Part shown: in pieces, positions 26,386-33,476 of the stretch
How the letters are laid out: every line of letters starts with the position of its first letter
Numbering within the stretch: the first letter of the stretch is position 1
Source of the DNA: an uncultured Thermoleophilia bacterium
Lineage (GTDB): Bacteria > Actinomycetota > Thermoleophilia > UBA2241
DNA length: 43,003 nt
Assembly (NCBI GenBank): GCA_964440225.1
Contig: CAYTRM010000001.1
Span: forward strand, 1-43,003
Direction: 5' to 3'
The notes under the pieces: model-generated
What the model was told of the DNA's origin: nothing
Database searches by the model: none
Seen by the model: the letters and a program-made list of their open reading frames with translations, nothing else
Translations under genes and position numbers: made by a program

Positions 26386-27282
26386 GTGAGCGAGACGCGA
26401 TCCGACACGAGTCCCAGTGTCGCCCTCAAGCTGCGCGAAGCCATGCCGTCGCTGACGCCCAGCGAGCGCAAGGTCGCCCGCGCGCTTCTGGCCAACTACC
26501 CGGTCGCCGGTCTGGGCACCGTCGCGGAACTGGCCAGGCTGTCGAACGTGAGTCACCCTACCGTGCTGCGCCTCCTGGGGCGCATCGGATTCCCGAGCTA
26601 CGGTGATTTCCAGCGTGCGCTGCGTGGCGAGCTCGACGAGCGCCTCGCCTCGGTCTCGGCGGACTTCCTTCCCGACGCCGGGGGGGCCGGCGACAGCGTC
26701 AGCGCGACGCTGCACGCGGCGATGGCCAATCTCAGCGCAGACGCGGAGTCGATCACAGCGGGTGAGATCGAGGCCGTCGCTCACGCCCTCGCCCGGGCCC
26801 GCCGCGTCTTCTTGACCGGCGGCGTGACATCGCACGCCGTCGCCTACTACCTCCACCTGCAGCTCGAACTCGTCCGCTCGGGCTGTCGGTTCGTCGGGCC
26901 CGCGGCATCGCCGACGTGGACGGACCTCGCCGACCTGGGACGACGCGATGTGATGGTCCTCTTCGACTACCGTGGCTACGAGGCGAACACGCTCGAGATC
27001 GCGCGCTGGGCCCAGTCCCGCGGCGCGCGCATCGTTCTGTTCACCGACCCCTGGCTGTCACCGATCACCGGCCTTGCGACGCATCTCCTTGTCACACGGT
27101 GCGAGTCGGTGACACCGTTCGACACGCTCGTCCCGGCCGTAGCGCTTGCGGAGGCGGTCGCGTCCGAGGCCGCCCGGCAGCTGGGCGACAAGGTCCAGGC
27201 GCGTCTGGCGTTGATGGAGAGACTGCTCGCCGCTCCCACCTGCCGTCTCGTCGAGGGCGCACCAGAAGACCGGCAAACGTAG
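26386..27282 (+). CDS. MurR/RpiR-family transcriptional regulator (HTH + SIS domain)
   Basis: LTPSERKVARALLANYP..GTVAELARLSNVSHPTVLRLLGRIGFPSYGDFQ (RpiR-type HTH), followed by a SIS-like region RRVFLTGGVTSHAVAYYL. Confidence 0.85.
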   Translation: MSETRSDTSPSVALKLREAMPSLTPSERKVARALLANYPVAGLGTVAELARLSNVSHPTVLRLLGRIGFPSYGDFQRALRGELDERLASVSADFLPDAGGAGDSVSATLHAAMANLSADAESITAGEIEAVAHALARARRVFLTGGVTSHAVAYYLHLQLELVRSGCRFVGPAASPTWTDLADLGRRDVMVLFDYRGYEANTLEIARWAQSRGARIVLFTDPWLSPITGLATHLLVTRCESVTPFDTLVPAVALAEAVASEAARQLGDKVQARLALMERLLAAPTCRLVEGAPEDRQT

Positions 27283-27336
27283 GACGGTACCCGCCGTCGA
27301 AGCCGGCGGTGGCCGGACCCCGCTTCACTGGAGGCC

Positions 27337-27705
27337 TCATGGACGCCAACGCATGGCGCCCGACCACCGGATCTCACGACCTCGATCCCGCATGGTCTCA
27401 GCGCGCTCTCGAAGACATCTCGCCGCCGACTCCGTTCTGGCTCGACTCACCACGGGCGTCCGCGGCCAGCCGCCGCTCACCGGCTCGGTGACATGCGACC
27501 GGACGGTCGTTGGCGCCGGCCACGCAGGCCCGCCGGCCGCCTTGCACGCCTGGTAGAAGCGCACGGCCCCGTACAGCCCCTCGTGGTCGGTGACCGCCAG
27601 CGCCGGCATGCCGAGCTCGGCGGCGCGTGCGACCAGCTCGGGGATGCGGCAGGCGCCGTCCCCGAACGAGAACGTGGTGTGCGTGTGCAGATGGACGAAG
27701 CTCAT
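27337..27705 (-). pseudogene. dnaE2: 5' fragment of an error-prone DNA polymerase III alpha (DnaE2-type) gene; only ~58 codons of the PHP domain retained
   Basis: GGAGG RBS. MSFVHLHTHTTFSFGDGACRIPELVARAAELGMPALAVTDHEGLYGAVRFYQACKAAG is the canonical PHP-domain start of DnaE/DnaE2. Similarity ends near nt 27530 and the rest of the 122-aa ORF is unrelated. Confidence 0.65.
27339..27491 (+). pseudogene. Possible 5' stub of an FAD-dependent amine/amino-acid oxidoreductase-type gene (very tentative)
   Basis: GGAGG 4 nt before ATG 27339. MDANAWRP...ISPPTPFWLDSP resembles the pre-GxGxxG N-termini of DadA/SoxB-like oxidases. It terminates after 50 codons, before any dinucleotide-binding motif. Confidence 0.2.
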
Positions 27706-27783
27706 GGCTCGCCTCCGTGGACGCGCGCCAGCCGGACCTGTAGGCTCGCGCCGGCCGTGGGCGACGAGTCTGGAGGTACCGGC

Positions 27784-27876
27784 GTGCGCATCGGCTGGGT
27801 GGAGCTGCTCATCATCGTGATCGTGATCCTCGTGCTGGTGCTCGCCGTCGTGGTGCGCATGGTGCGCATGAGGTAG
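27784..27876 (+). CDS. Candidate 30-aa hydrophobic small protein (VRIGWVELLIIVIVILVLVLAVVVRMVRMR)
   Basis: GGAGG (27772-27776) 7 nt before GTG 27784. All 30 sense codons end in G or C, matching the coding bias of this genome. Single TM helix with an Arg-rich tail. Lies antisense between the ImuB-C-like gene and the dnaE2 stub. Confidence 0.4.
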   Translation: MRIGWVELLIIVIVILVLVLAVVVRMVRMR

Positions 27877-27888
27877 GGGCGCGGCCGC

Positions 27889-28218
27889 TCAACTGAGCAC
27901 CCGCTCCAGCGCCCACGTCTTGCCCAGGCGGTCGTAGCGCAGGTCGACCACGCGGCCGCCGGCGCGCACCCGCCAGTACGAGCGGCTGACGTGCCCGCCC
28001 TCCTTCCACCAGCCGGTCTCGATGACCCAGGTCTCGAGCACGCGCTCGACGCGGTACGTGCGGCGGCGCCAGACGAAGGCGACCGGACGCCGTGCCCGCT
28101 CGTCCCAGCTGACGGCGACCGGCACCGCCTCGCCGTTGCCCGGGCGGCCGGCGCGGGCCCGGGCGGCGCCGGCGTGGGGCTCGGGTCTGTCGCCGGAGGT
28201 GGCTCCGCCGTGGGACAT
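27889..28218 (-). CDS. Small SOS-box-preceded protein resembling the C-terminal region of ImuB
   Basis: AGGAG RBS before ATG 28218. RVERVLETWVIETGWWKEGGHVSRSYWRVRAGGRVVDLRYDRLGKTWALERV follows the ERI..(E/G)WW...R(D/S)Y.RV...G....L......W.L pattern of ImuB C-termini. Positioned directly upstream of dnaE2, as imuB is. Confidence 0.5.
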   Translation of the reverse strand: MSHGGATSGDRPEPHAGAARARAGRPGNGEAVPVAVSWDERARRPVAFVWRRRTYRVERVLETWVIETGWWKEGGHVSRSYWRVRAGGRVVDLRYDRLGKTWALERVLS

Positions 28219-28265
28219 GGAGTGCTCCTGGCAAAGGGGTGCTGCTGGGGCCTTGGAGTGTCGCA

Positions 28266-28279
28266 CGAACATATGTTCG
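28266..28279. promoter_or_regulatory. LexA (SOS/Cheo) box CGAACATATGTTCG
   Basis: Perfect palindrome matching the Gram-positive/actinobacterial consensus CGAAC-N4-GTTCG. Lies 48 nt upstream of the 28218 start and 127 nt upstream of hsdM. Confidence 0.7.
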
Positions 28280-28405
28280 CGTCAACGTCGGACGGAAGAT
28301 GAGACGGTACGTCCGACCCCGGTGGTAGGCTCCGCCCGTTTGAGCCCCACACTGTAGGATGGCCTCGTCCAGAGGCCCGGTTCCCAGGGGGGGAGGCGCA
28401 CCGAC

Positions 28406-29974
28406 ATGGCTCCAAGCACCAAGGAAGCGCAACGCGCCGAACTCCACAAGACGATCTGGCGCATCGCGAACGATCTTCGCGGGTCCGTGGACGGGTGGGA
28501 CTTCAAGACCTACGTGCTCGGCATCCTCTTCTACCGGTTCATCTCCGAGAACCTCACCGCCTACCTGAACGCACAAGAGCGTGAGGCGGGGCGCCCCGAT
28601 TTCGACTATGCCAGGCTCTCCGACGCCGATGCGGAGTTCGGCCGCGCCGAGACGGTGGCCGAGAAGGGCTTCTACATCCTGCCCAGCGAGCTGTTCGAGA
28701 GCGTCCGTGGGCGCGCGGGCTATGACGAGAACCTCAACGAGACGCTCGAGTGCGTGTTCCGCAACATCGAGGGCTCCGCCATCGGCGCCGACAGCGAGGA
28801 CGACCTCAAAGGCCTCTTCGACGACCTCGACGTGAACAGCGCCAAGCTCGGCAACACGGTCGCCAAGCGCAACGAGAAGCTGGTCAAGCTGCTCGATGCG
28901 ATCGGCGATCTCGGCCTGGGCAACTTCGAGGACCACACCATCGACGCGTTCGGCGACGCGTACGAGTACCTCATGCAGATGTACGCGTCGAGCGCGGGCA
29001 AGTCCGGCGGGGAGTTCTACACGCCGCAGGAGGTGAGCGAGCTGCTCGCGCGCATCACCGTGGTGGGCAGGACCGAGGTGAACAAGGTCTACGACCCCGC
29101 GTGCGGATCGGGCTCGCTGCTGCTCAAGTTCGCGAAGGTGCTGGGCAGAGAGAACGTCCGCCAGGGCTTCTTCGGCCAGGAGATCAACCTGACCACGTAC
29201 AACCTCGCGCGCATCAACATGTTCCTGCACGACGTGAACTACGAGCAGTTCGACCTCGCGCATGGGGATACGCTGACCGACCCGGCGCACTGGGACGACG
29301 AGCCGTTCGAGGCGATCGTCTCGAACCCGCCGTACTCGATCAACTGGGACGGCGACGCGAACCCGCTGCTCATCAACGATCCGCGGTTTGCACCGGCCGG
29401 CGTGCTCGCGCCCAAGTCGAGAGCCGATCTCGCCTTCACCATGCACATCCTGAGCTGGCTCGCGGTCGACGGCACCGCGGCGATCGTCGAGTTCCCCGGC
29501 GTGCTCTACCGTGGCGGCGCGGAGCGCAAGATCCGCAAGTACCTCGTCGACAACAACTACGTCGATACGGTCATCCAGCTCCCGCCGGACCTGTTCTTCG
29601 GCACCACCATCGCGACCTGCGTGATCGTGCTCAAGAAGTCGAAGACCGACAACGCGGTGCTCTTCATCGATGCGTCGGCGGAGTTCGTCCGGGGCGGCAA
29701 CAAGAACAAGCTGACCGAGGCGAACCGGCAGAAGATCCTCGATGCCTTCACCGCTCGTGAGGACGCCGAGTACTTCGCCCGCCTCGTCCCCAGCGCCGAG
29801 ATCGCCGGGAACGACTACAACATCGCCGTCTCGTCGTACGTCGAGCAGGAGGACACGACGGAGGCCGTCGATATCGTGGCGCTCAACGCCGAGATCGCCG
29901 GCATTGTCGCGCGACAGACGGAGCTGCGCACCCAGATCGACGCGATCGTCACGGACCTGGAGGGCAGGGCGTGA
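28406..29974 (+). CDS. hsdM: Type I restriction-modification system methyltransferase subunit HsdM (N6-adenine)
   Basis: HsdM N-terminal domain (LHKTIWRIANDLRGSVDGWDFKTYVLGILFYRFISENL), AdoMet motif VYDPACGSGSLLL, catalytic SNPPYS. Confidence 0.95.
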   Translation: MAPSTKEAQRAELHKTIWRIANDLRGSVDGWDFKTYVLGILFYRFISENLTAYLNAQEREAGRPDFDYARLSDADAEFGRAETVAEKGFYILPSELFESVRGRAGYDENLNETLECVFRNIEGSAIGADSEDDLKGLFDDLDVNSAKLGNTVAKRNEKLVKLLDAIGDLGLGNFEDHTIDAFGDAYEYLMQMYASSAGKSGGEFYTPQEVSELLARITVVGRTEVNKVYDPACGSGSLLLKFAKVLGRENVRQGFFGQEINLTTYNLARINMFLHDVNYEQFDLAHGDTLTDPAHWDDEPFEAIVSNPPYSINWDGDANPLLINDPRFAPAGVLAPKSRADLAFTMHILSWLAVDGTAAIVEFPGVLYRGGAERKIRKYLVDNNYVDTVIQLPPDLFFGTTIATCVIVLKKSKTDNAVLFIDASAEFVRGGNKNKLTEANRQKILDAFTAREDAEYFARLVPSAEIAGNDYNIAVSSYVEQEDTTEAVDIVALNAEIAGIVARQTELRTQIDAIVTDLEGRA

Positions 29975-30018
29975 GCCGCATCGACGCGATCATGGCGAAC
30001 TCGGAGCGTGGGTCGTGA
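29971..30018 (+). pseudogene. 15-codon stub derived from an hsdS 5' end (VSRIDAIMANSERGS*)
   Basis: Starts with the same GTGA overlap on the hsdM stop. GTGAGCCGCATCGACG matches the real hsdS start at 32250 (GTGAGCCGCATTGACG) at 15 of the first 16 nt. Its stop overlaps the next gene's GTG (GTGA). Confidence 0.5.
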
Positions 30019-30500
30019 ACGAGCAGGCGCCCGGAGAAATCATCCTGTATTCGCGCGAAGACGGAGCGCCTGCCATCGAGGTGCACCTTGATGCAGACAC
30101 GGTGTGGCTGACTCAACAGCAGCTTGCTGAGCTCTTCCAGACCTCACGAACAAACGTCGTCGAGCACATCCAGCACATCTATGAAGAGGGCGAGCTCAAG
30201 CAGGACGCAACCTGTCGGGATTTCCGACAGGTCGACGCCGCGGAATTCCGGGCACAGAGCCACGAGCCCACGTACATGAAGGACTGGCTCGCGCATCTCG
30301 ACCGTCTGATCGCCGCTATGGAAGCGCCGACACTCAACGGCCCCGGCTCCATAAGCCATCAGCAGGCGATGGAGAAGGCAGAGGGCGAGTACGAGAAGTA
30401 CCGGGCGTTGGCCGACTCGCCTGCTTCGGACGTCGAGCGCGCATATCTCGACGCGGTGAAGCGCGCTCAGCACCGGCTTGAAGAGGGGGAATCGTCGTGA
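30015..30500 (+). CDS. RhuM-family-like protein lacking the central region (N-terminal and C-terminal RhuM segments only)
   Basis: IILYSREDGAPAIEVHLDADTVWLTQQQLAELFQTSRTNVVEHIQHIYEEGEL is the RhuM N-terminus. MKDWLAHLDRLI...GSISHQQAMEKAEGEYEKY is the RhuM C-terminus. They are joined at about 30234-30270 with the long middle part missing. Confidence 0.6.
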   Translation: MNEQAPGEIILYSREDGAPAIEVHLDADTVWLTQQQLAELFQTSRTNVVEHIQHIYEEGELKQDATCRDFRQVDAAEFRAQSHEPTYMKDWLAHLDRLIAAMEAPTLNGPGSISHQQAMEKAEGEYEKYRALADSPASDVERAYLDAVKRAQHRLEEGESS

Positions 30501-31324
30501 GCGCGAGGCCGACAGCGCTGAGCGAGCCGCCGGAGGGCTACGCGGAATGGCTGGTGGGCCTGAAGGACCGCATCCACTCGGCCCAGCAGCGCGCCGCGCT
30601 CGCGGTCAACACCGAGCTGCTCCAGCTGTATTGGGAGATCGGCAACGACATCCTCCAGCGCCAGGCAGAGCGGGGTTGGGGCACCAAGGTCGTCGAGCGT
30701 CTCGCCCACGACCTGCGCAGCGCCTTCCCCGACATGCGAGGGTTCTCCCGAGCGAACCTGTGGTACATGCGCGCCTTCGCGGAGGCGTGGGCCGAGAGCG
30801 AAATCGTCCAACAGCCTGTTGGACGATTGCCGTGGGGGCACAACATCGTGCTCCTCACGAAGCTCAAGGTGTCCGAGGAGCGACTGGCCTACGCCCATGC
30901 GGCCGTCCGGCACGGATGGTCACGCAACGTCCTGGTGATGCAGATCGAGACCCGGCAGCTTGAGCGTCAGGGACGGGCGATCACCAGCTTCGCGCAGGCG
31001 CTTCCGGCGCCACAATCCGACCTCGCCCGTGAATCCCTGAAGGACCCGTACCGGTTCGACTTCCTGGGGATCGGCGATGAGGCCCTTGGTTTCTACCTGA
31101 CCGCCGTCGATGAGCGCATCAAGGACGAACGGGACGAGCCGACCATCGGCCTGCTGCTCTGCAAGAGCAAGAACAAGGTTGTCGCGGAGTACGCCCTTCG
31201 CGACAACAGCCGGCCTCTCGGCATCGCCGAATACCAACTCGTTGAGGCGTTGCCCGAGCCGCTTCAGGCGAGCCTGCCGACTATCGAGCAGATCGAGCGG
31301 GAGCTGGAAGGGGAGTCGTCGTGA
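30497..31324 (+). CDS. YhcG/DUF1016-family protein with the PD-(D/E)xK nuclease core deleted in frame
   Basis: YAEWLVGLKDRIHSAQQRAALAVNTELLQLYWEIGNDILQRQ...LKDPYRFDFLGIGDEA jumps directly to FYLTAVDERIKDERDEPTIGLLLCKSKNKVVAEYAL...IAEYQL. At 275 aa it is ~85 aa shorter than typical members. Junction near nt 31085. Confidence 0.7.
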   Translation: MSARPTALSEPPEGYAEWLVGLKDRIHSAQQRAALAVNTELLQLYWEIGNDILQRQAERGWGTKVVERLAHDLRSAFPDMRGFSRANLWYMRAFAEAWAESEIVQQPVGRLPWGHNIVLLTKLKVSEERLAYAHAAVRHGWSRNVLVMQIETRQLERQGRAITSFAQALPAPQSDLARESLKDPYRFDFLGIGDEALGFYLTAVDERIKDERDEPTIGLLLCKSKNKVVAEYALRDNSRPLGIAEYQLVEALPEPLQASLPTIEQIERELEGESS

Positions 31325-32253
31325 GCGAGCAGGACATCGTCATCTACACCGCTCCAGGCGTGGAGCTCTCCCTGCCGCTCGACCGAGAGCACGAGACCGT
31401 ATGGGCATCCCAACCGCAAATCGCCGAGCTCTTTGCGATCGACAGGACCGGCGCGACCCGGCACATCAACAACGTCTTCAGGGGAGCGGAGGTGGATCGG
31501 GAAAGCAATGTGCAAAAAGTGCACATTGCTGGCTCAGACCGGCCGGTGACGCTGTACAGCCTCGATGTCATCCTCGCCGTCGGGTACCGGGCAAACTCCG
31601 CACGAGCGATGGAGTTCCGTCGCTGGGCGAGTGGCGTTCTGAAACAGTACCTCGTCAAAGGTGCTGCGCTCAACGAGCGTCGTCTGCGCGAAATCGGACA
31701 GGTAGTCCAAGTTCTCAGCCGATCCACCGATGAGCTGGTCGCTGGTGTTGCCGACGTCCTCGCCGGATATCTCCCGGGCCTAAGGCTGCTACGAGACTAC
31801 GATGACGGGCGAATCGAGGCGGCACCCGGTGCAACGCCGGGCTGGGAACTCACCCTCGATGAGGCGCGGGCGGTGATCGGCCATGTGGCTGAGGAGTTCC
31901 CGACGGATGGGCTCATCGGCAAGGAGCGCGGCGACGCCCTGGACGGCGTCGTCGGGGCGATCTACCAGAGCTTTGGTGGGCAGGATCTGTACCCAACCGC
32001 CGAGGAGAAGGCGGCCAACCTGCTGTACCTCGTAGTGAAAGACCACCCGCTGGCCGATGGAAACAAGCGTAGTGCCGCCGCGCTCTTCGTAACCTTCTTG
32101 GCCCGCAACGGCATCCTGGAAGGCGCTGATGGCCGCCTGTGTATCTCGAGCAACGCGCTCGCGGCACTTACGTTGATGGTCGCGATGAGCGCACCTGAGG
32201 AAAAGGGACTCATGGTCGCGCTTCTTGTGCGAATGATCTCGGGAGAAGCGTGA
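31321..32253 (+). CDS. RhuM N-terminal domain fused to a Fic/Doc-family domain
   Basis: N-terminus ETVWASQPQIAELFAIDRTGATRHINNVF...YSLDVILAVGYRANSARAMEFRRWASGVLKQYLVKG (RhuM-like). C-terminus has the Doc-type motif HPLADGNKRSAA (HxFx[DN][AG]NKR with F to L). Confidence 0.8.
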   Translation: MSEQDIVIYTAPGVELSLPLDREHETVWASQPQIAELFAIDRTGATRHINNVFRGAEVDRESNVQKVHIAGSDRPVTLYSLDVILAVGYRANSARAMEFRRWASGVLKQYLVKGAALNERRLREIGQVVQVLSRSTDELVAGVADVLAGYLPGLRLLRDYDDGRIEAAPGATPGWELTLDEARAVIGHVAEEFPTDGLIGKERGDALDGVVGAIYQSFGGQDLYPTAEEKAANLLYLVVKDHPLADGNKRSAAALFVTFLARNGILEGADGRLCISSNALAALTLMVAMSAPEEKGLMVALLVRMISGEA

Positions 32254-33476
32254 GCCGCATTGACGAGCTGATCGCCAGGCTGTGCCCAGATGGGGCGCCT
32301 CGCCGGACGCTGGGCGAGATTGGCCAGTTCCAGCGGGGTCGACGCTTCACGAAGGCGGACGTCGTCGAGGACGGTATCCCAAGCATTCACTATGGAGAGA
32401 TCTATACGCACTACGGTGTTGCCGCCGCCGAAACGGTGTCCCATGTTCGTGCCGACTTGGCCACGCAGCTTCGCTTCGCGAGCCCAGGCGATGTGGTGAT
32501 TGCCGGAGTTGGCGAAACCGTGGAAGACGTGGGTAAGGCGGTCGCCTGGCTTGGCGCAGCGGATGCCGCAATCCATGACGACTGCTTCCGATACCATCAT
32601 TCGATGGATCCCAAGTACGTTTCGTACTACCTACAGACCGAAGCCTTCCATTCGCAGAAGCGTAGGCATGTCGCCCGAGCGAAGGTGAAGCGGCTCTCCG
32701 CCGAAGCTCTCGCCAGCATCGTCATTCCGGTGCCGCCCCTCGAAGTGCAGCGGGAGATCGTGCGGGTGCTCGACACGTTCGCGGCGCTCGAAGCGGAGCT
32801 GGAAGCGGAGCTGGCGGCCCGGCGGCGCCAGTACGCTCATTACCGAGACTCACTCCTGACCTTCCCCGAGGGGGGGGTCCGGCGGGTTCCGATGGGTGAG
32901 GTCGCGAGCATTGTCAGAGGGGCCTCGCCTCGCCCGATTCAGGCCTTCCTCGCTCACGACGAGCGTGGCGTCCCTTGGATTAAGATTGGTGATATCGCGG
33001 CGAGCGGCAAGTACATCACAGGCACCGCGGAGCGGGTCACGGCTGACGGTGCCTCCAAGTCCCGGCGAGTCCATCCGGGTGACTTCGTGCTGTCGAACTC
33101 CATGAGCTTCGGACGCCCGTACATCGTGGGAATCGAGGGCTGCATCCATGACGGCTGGCTTGCCATCAGCGACTTCAACGCATCGTTCGTTCCTGACTTC
33201 CTGTACCACCTCCTGCGTTCGGCTCCAGTTCAGGCTGAGTTCGCGCGGCGTGCCGGTGGTGGGACCGTACAGAACCTCAACGCCGATATCGTGAAAGCGG
33301 TTGTCCTTCCCATTCCGCACCTTGAGGAGCAGGCCCGCATCGTCGCCATCCTCGACGCGTTCGACGCGCTCGTGAACGACCTGTCGAGCGGCCTTCCTGC
33401 CGAGCTTGCCGCGCGCCGCAAGCAGTACGAGTACTACCGCGACCGCTTGCTGACCTTCAAGGAGGCGGCCGCATGA
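32250..33476 (+). CDS. hsdS: Type I R-M specificity subunit HsdS (two target-recognition domains)
   Basis: Two TRD halves, each followed by a conserved helix (LEAELEAELAARRRQYAHYRDSLLTF and LPAELAARRKQYEYYRDRLLTF). GTGA overlap with the upstream gene. Confidence 0.9.
   Translation: MSRIDELIARLCPDGAPRRTLGEIGQFQRGRRFTKADVVEDGIPSIHYGEIYTHYGVAAAETVSHVRADLATQLRFASPGDVVIAGVGETVEDVGKAVAWLGAADAAIHDDCFRYHHSMDPKYVSYYLQTEAFHSQKRRHVARAKVKRLSAEALASIVIPVPPLEVQREIVRVLDTFAALEAELEAELAARRRQYAHYRDSLLTFPEGGVRRVPMGEVASIVRGASPRPIQAFLAHDERGVPWIKIGDIAASGKYITGTAERVTADGASKSRRVHPGDFVLSNSMSFGRPYIVGIEGCIHDGWLAISDFNASFVPDFLYHLLRSAPVQAEFARRAGGGTVQNLNADIVKAVVLPIPHLEEQARIVAILDAFDALVNDLSSGLPAELAARRKQYEYYRDRLLTFKEAAA
32790..32813 (+). 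repeat. Exact 12-bp tandem repeat GAAGCGGAGCTG x2 in the central conserved region of hsdS
   Basis: Read directly. Encodes (EAEL)x2. Confidence 0.9.

Noticed and set aside
27283-27310. Hairpin after the rpiR-family gene as a terminator.
   Set aside because: It has only a 6-bp stem (CCGCCG/CGGCGG) with a 7-nt loop and no U-tract, which is too weak to call.
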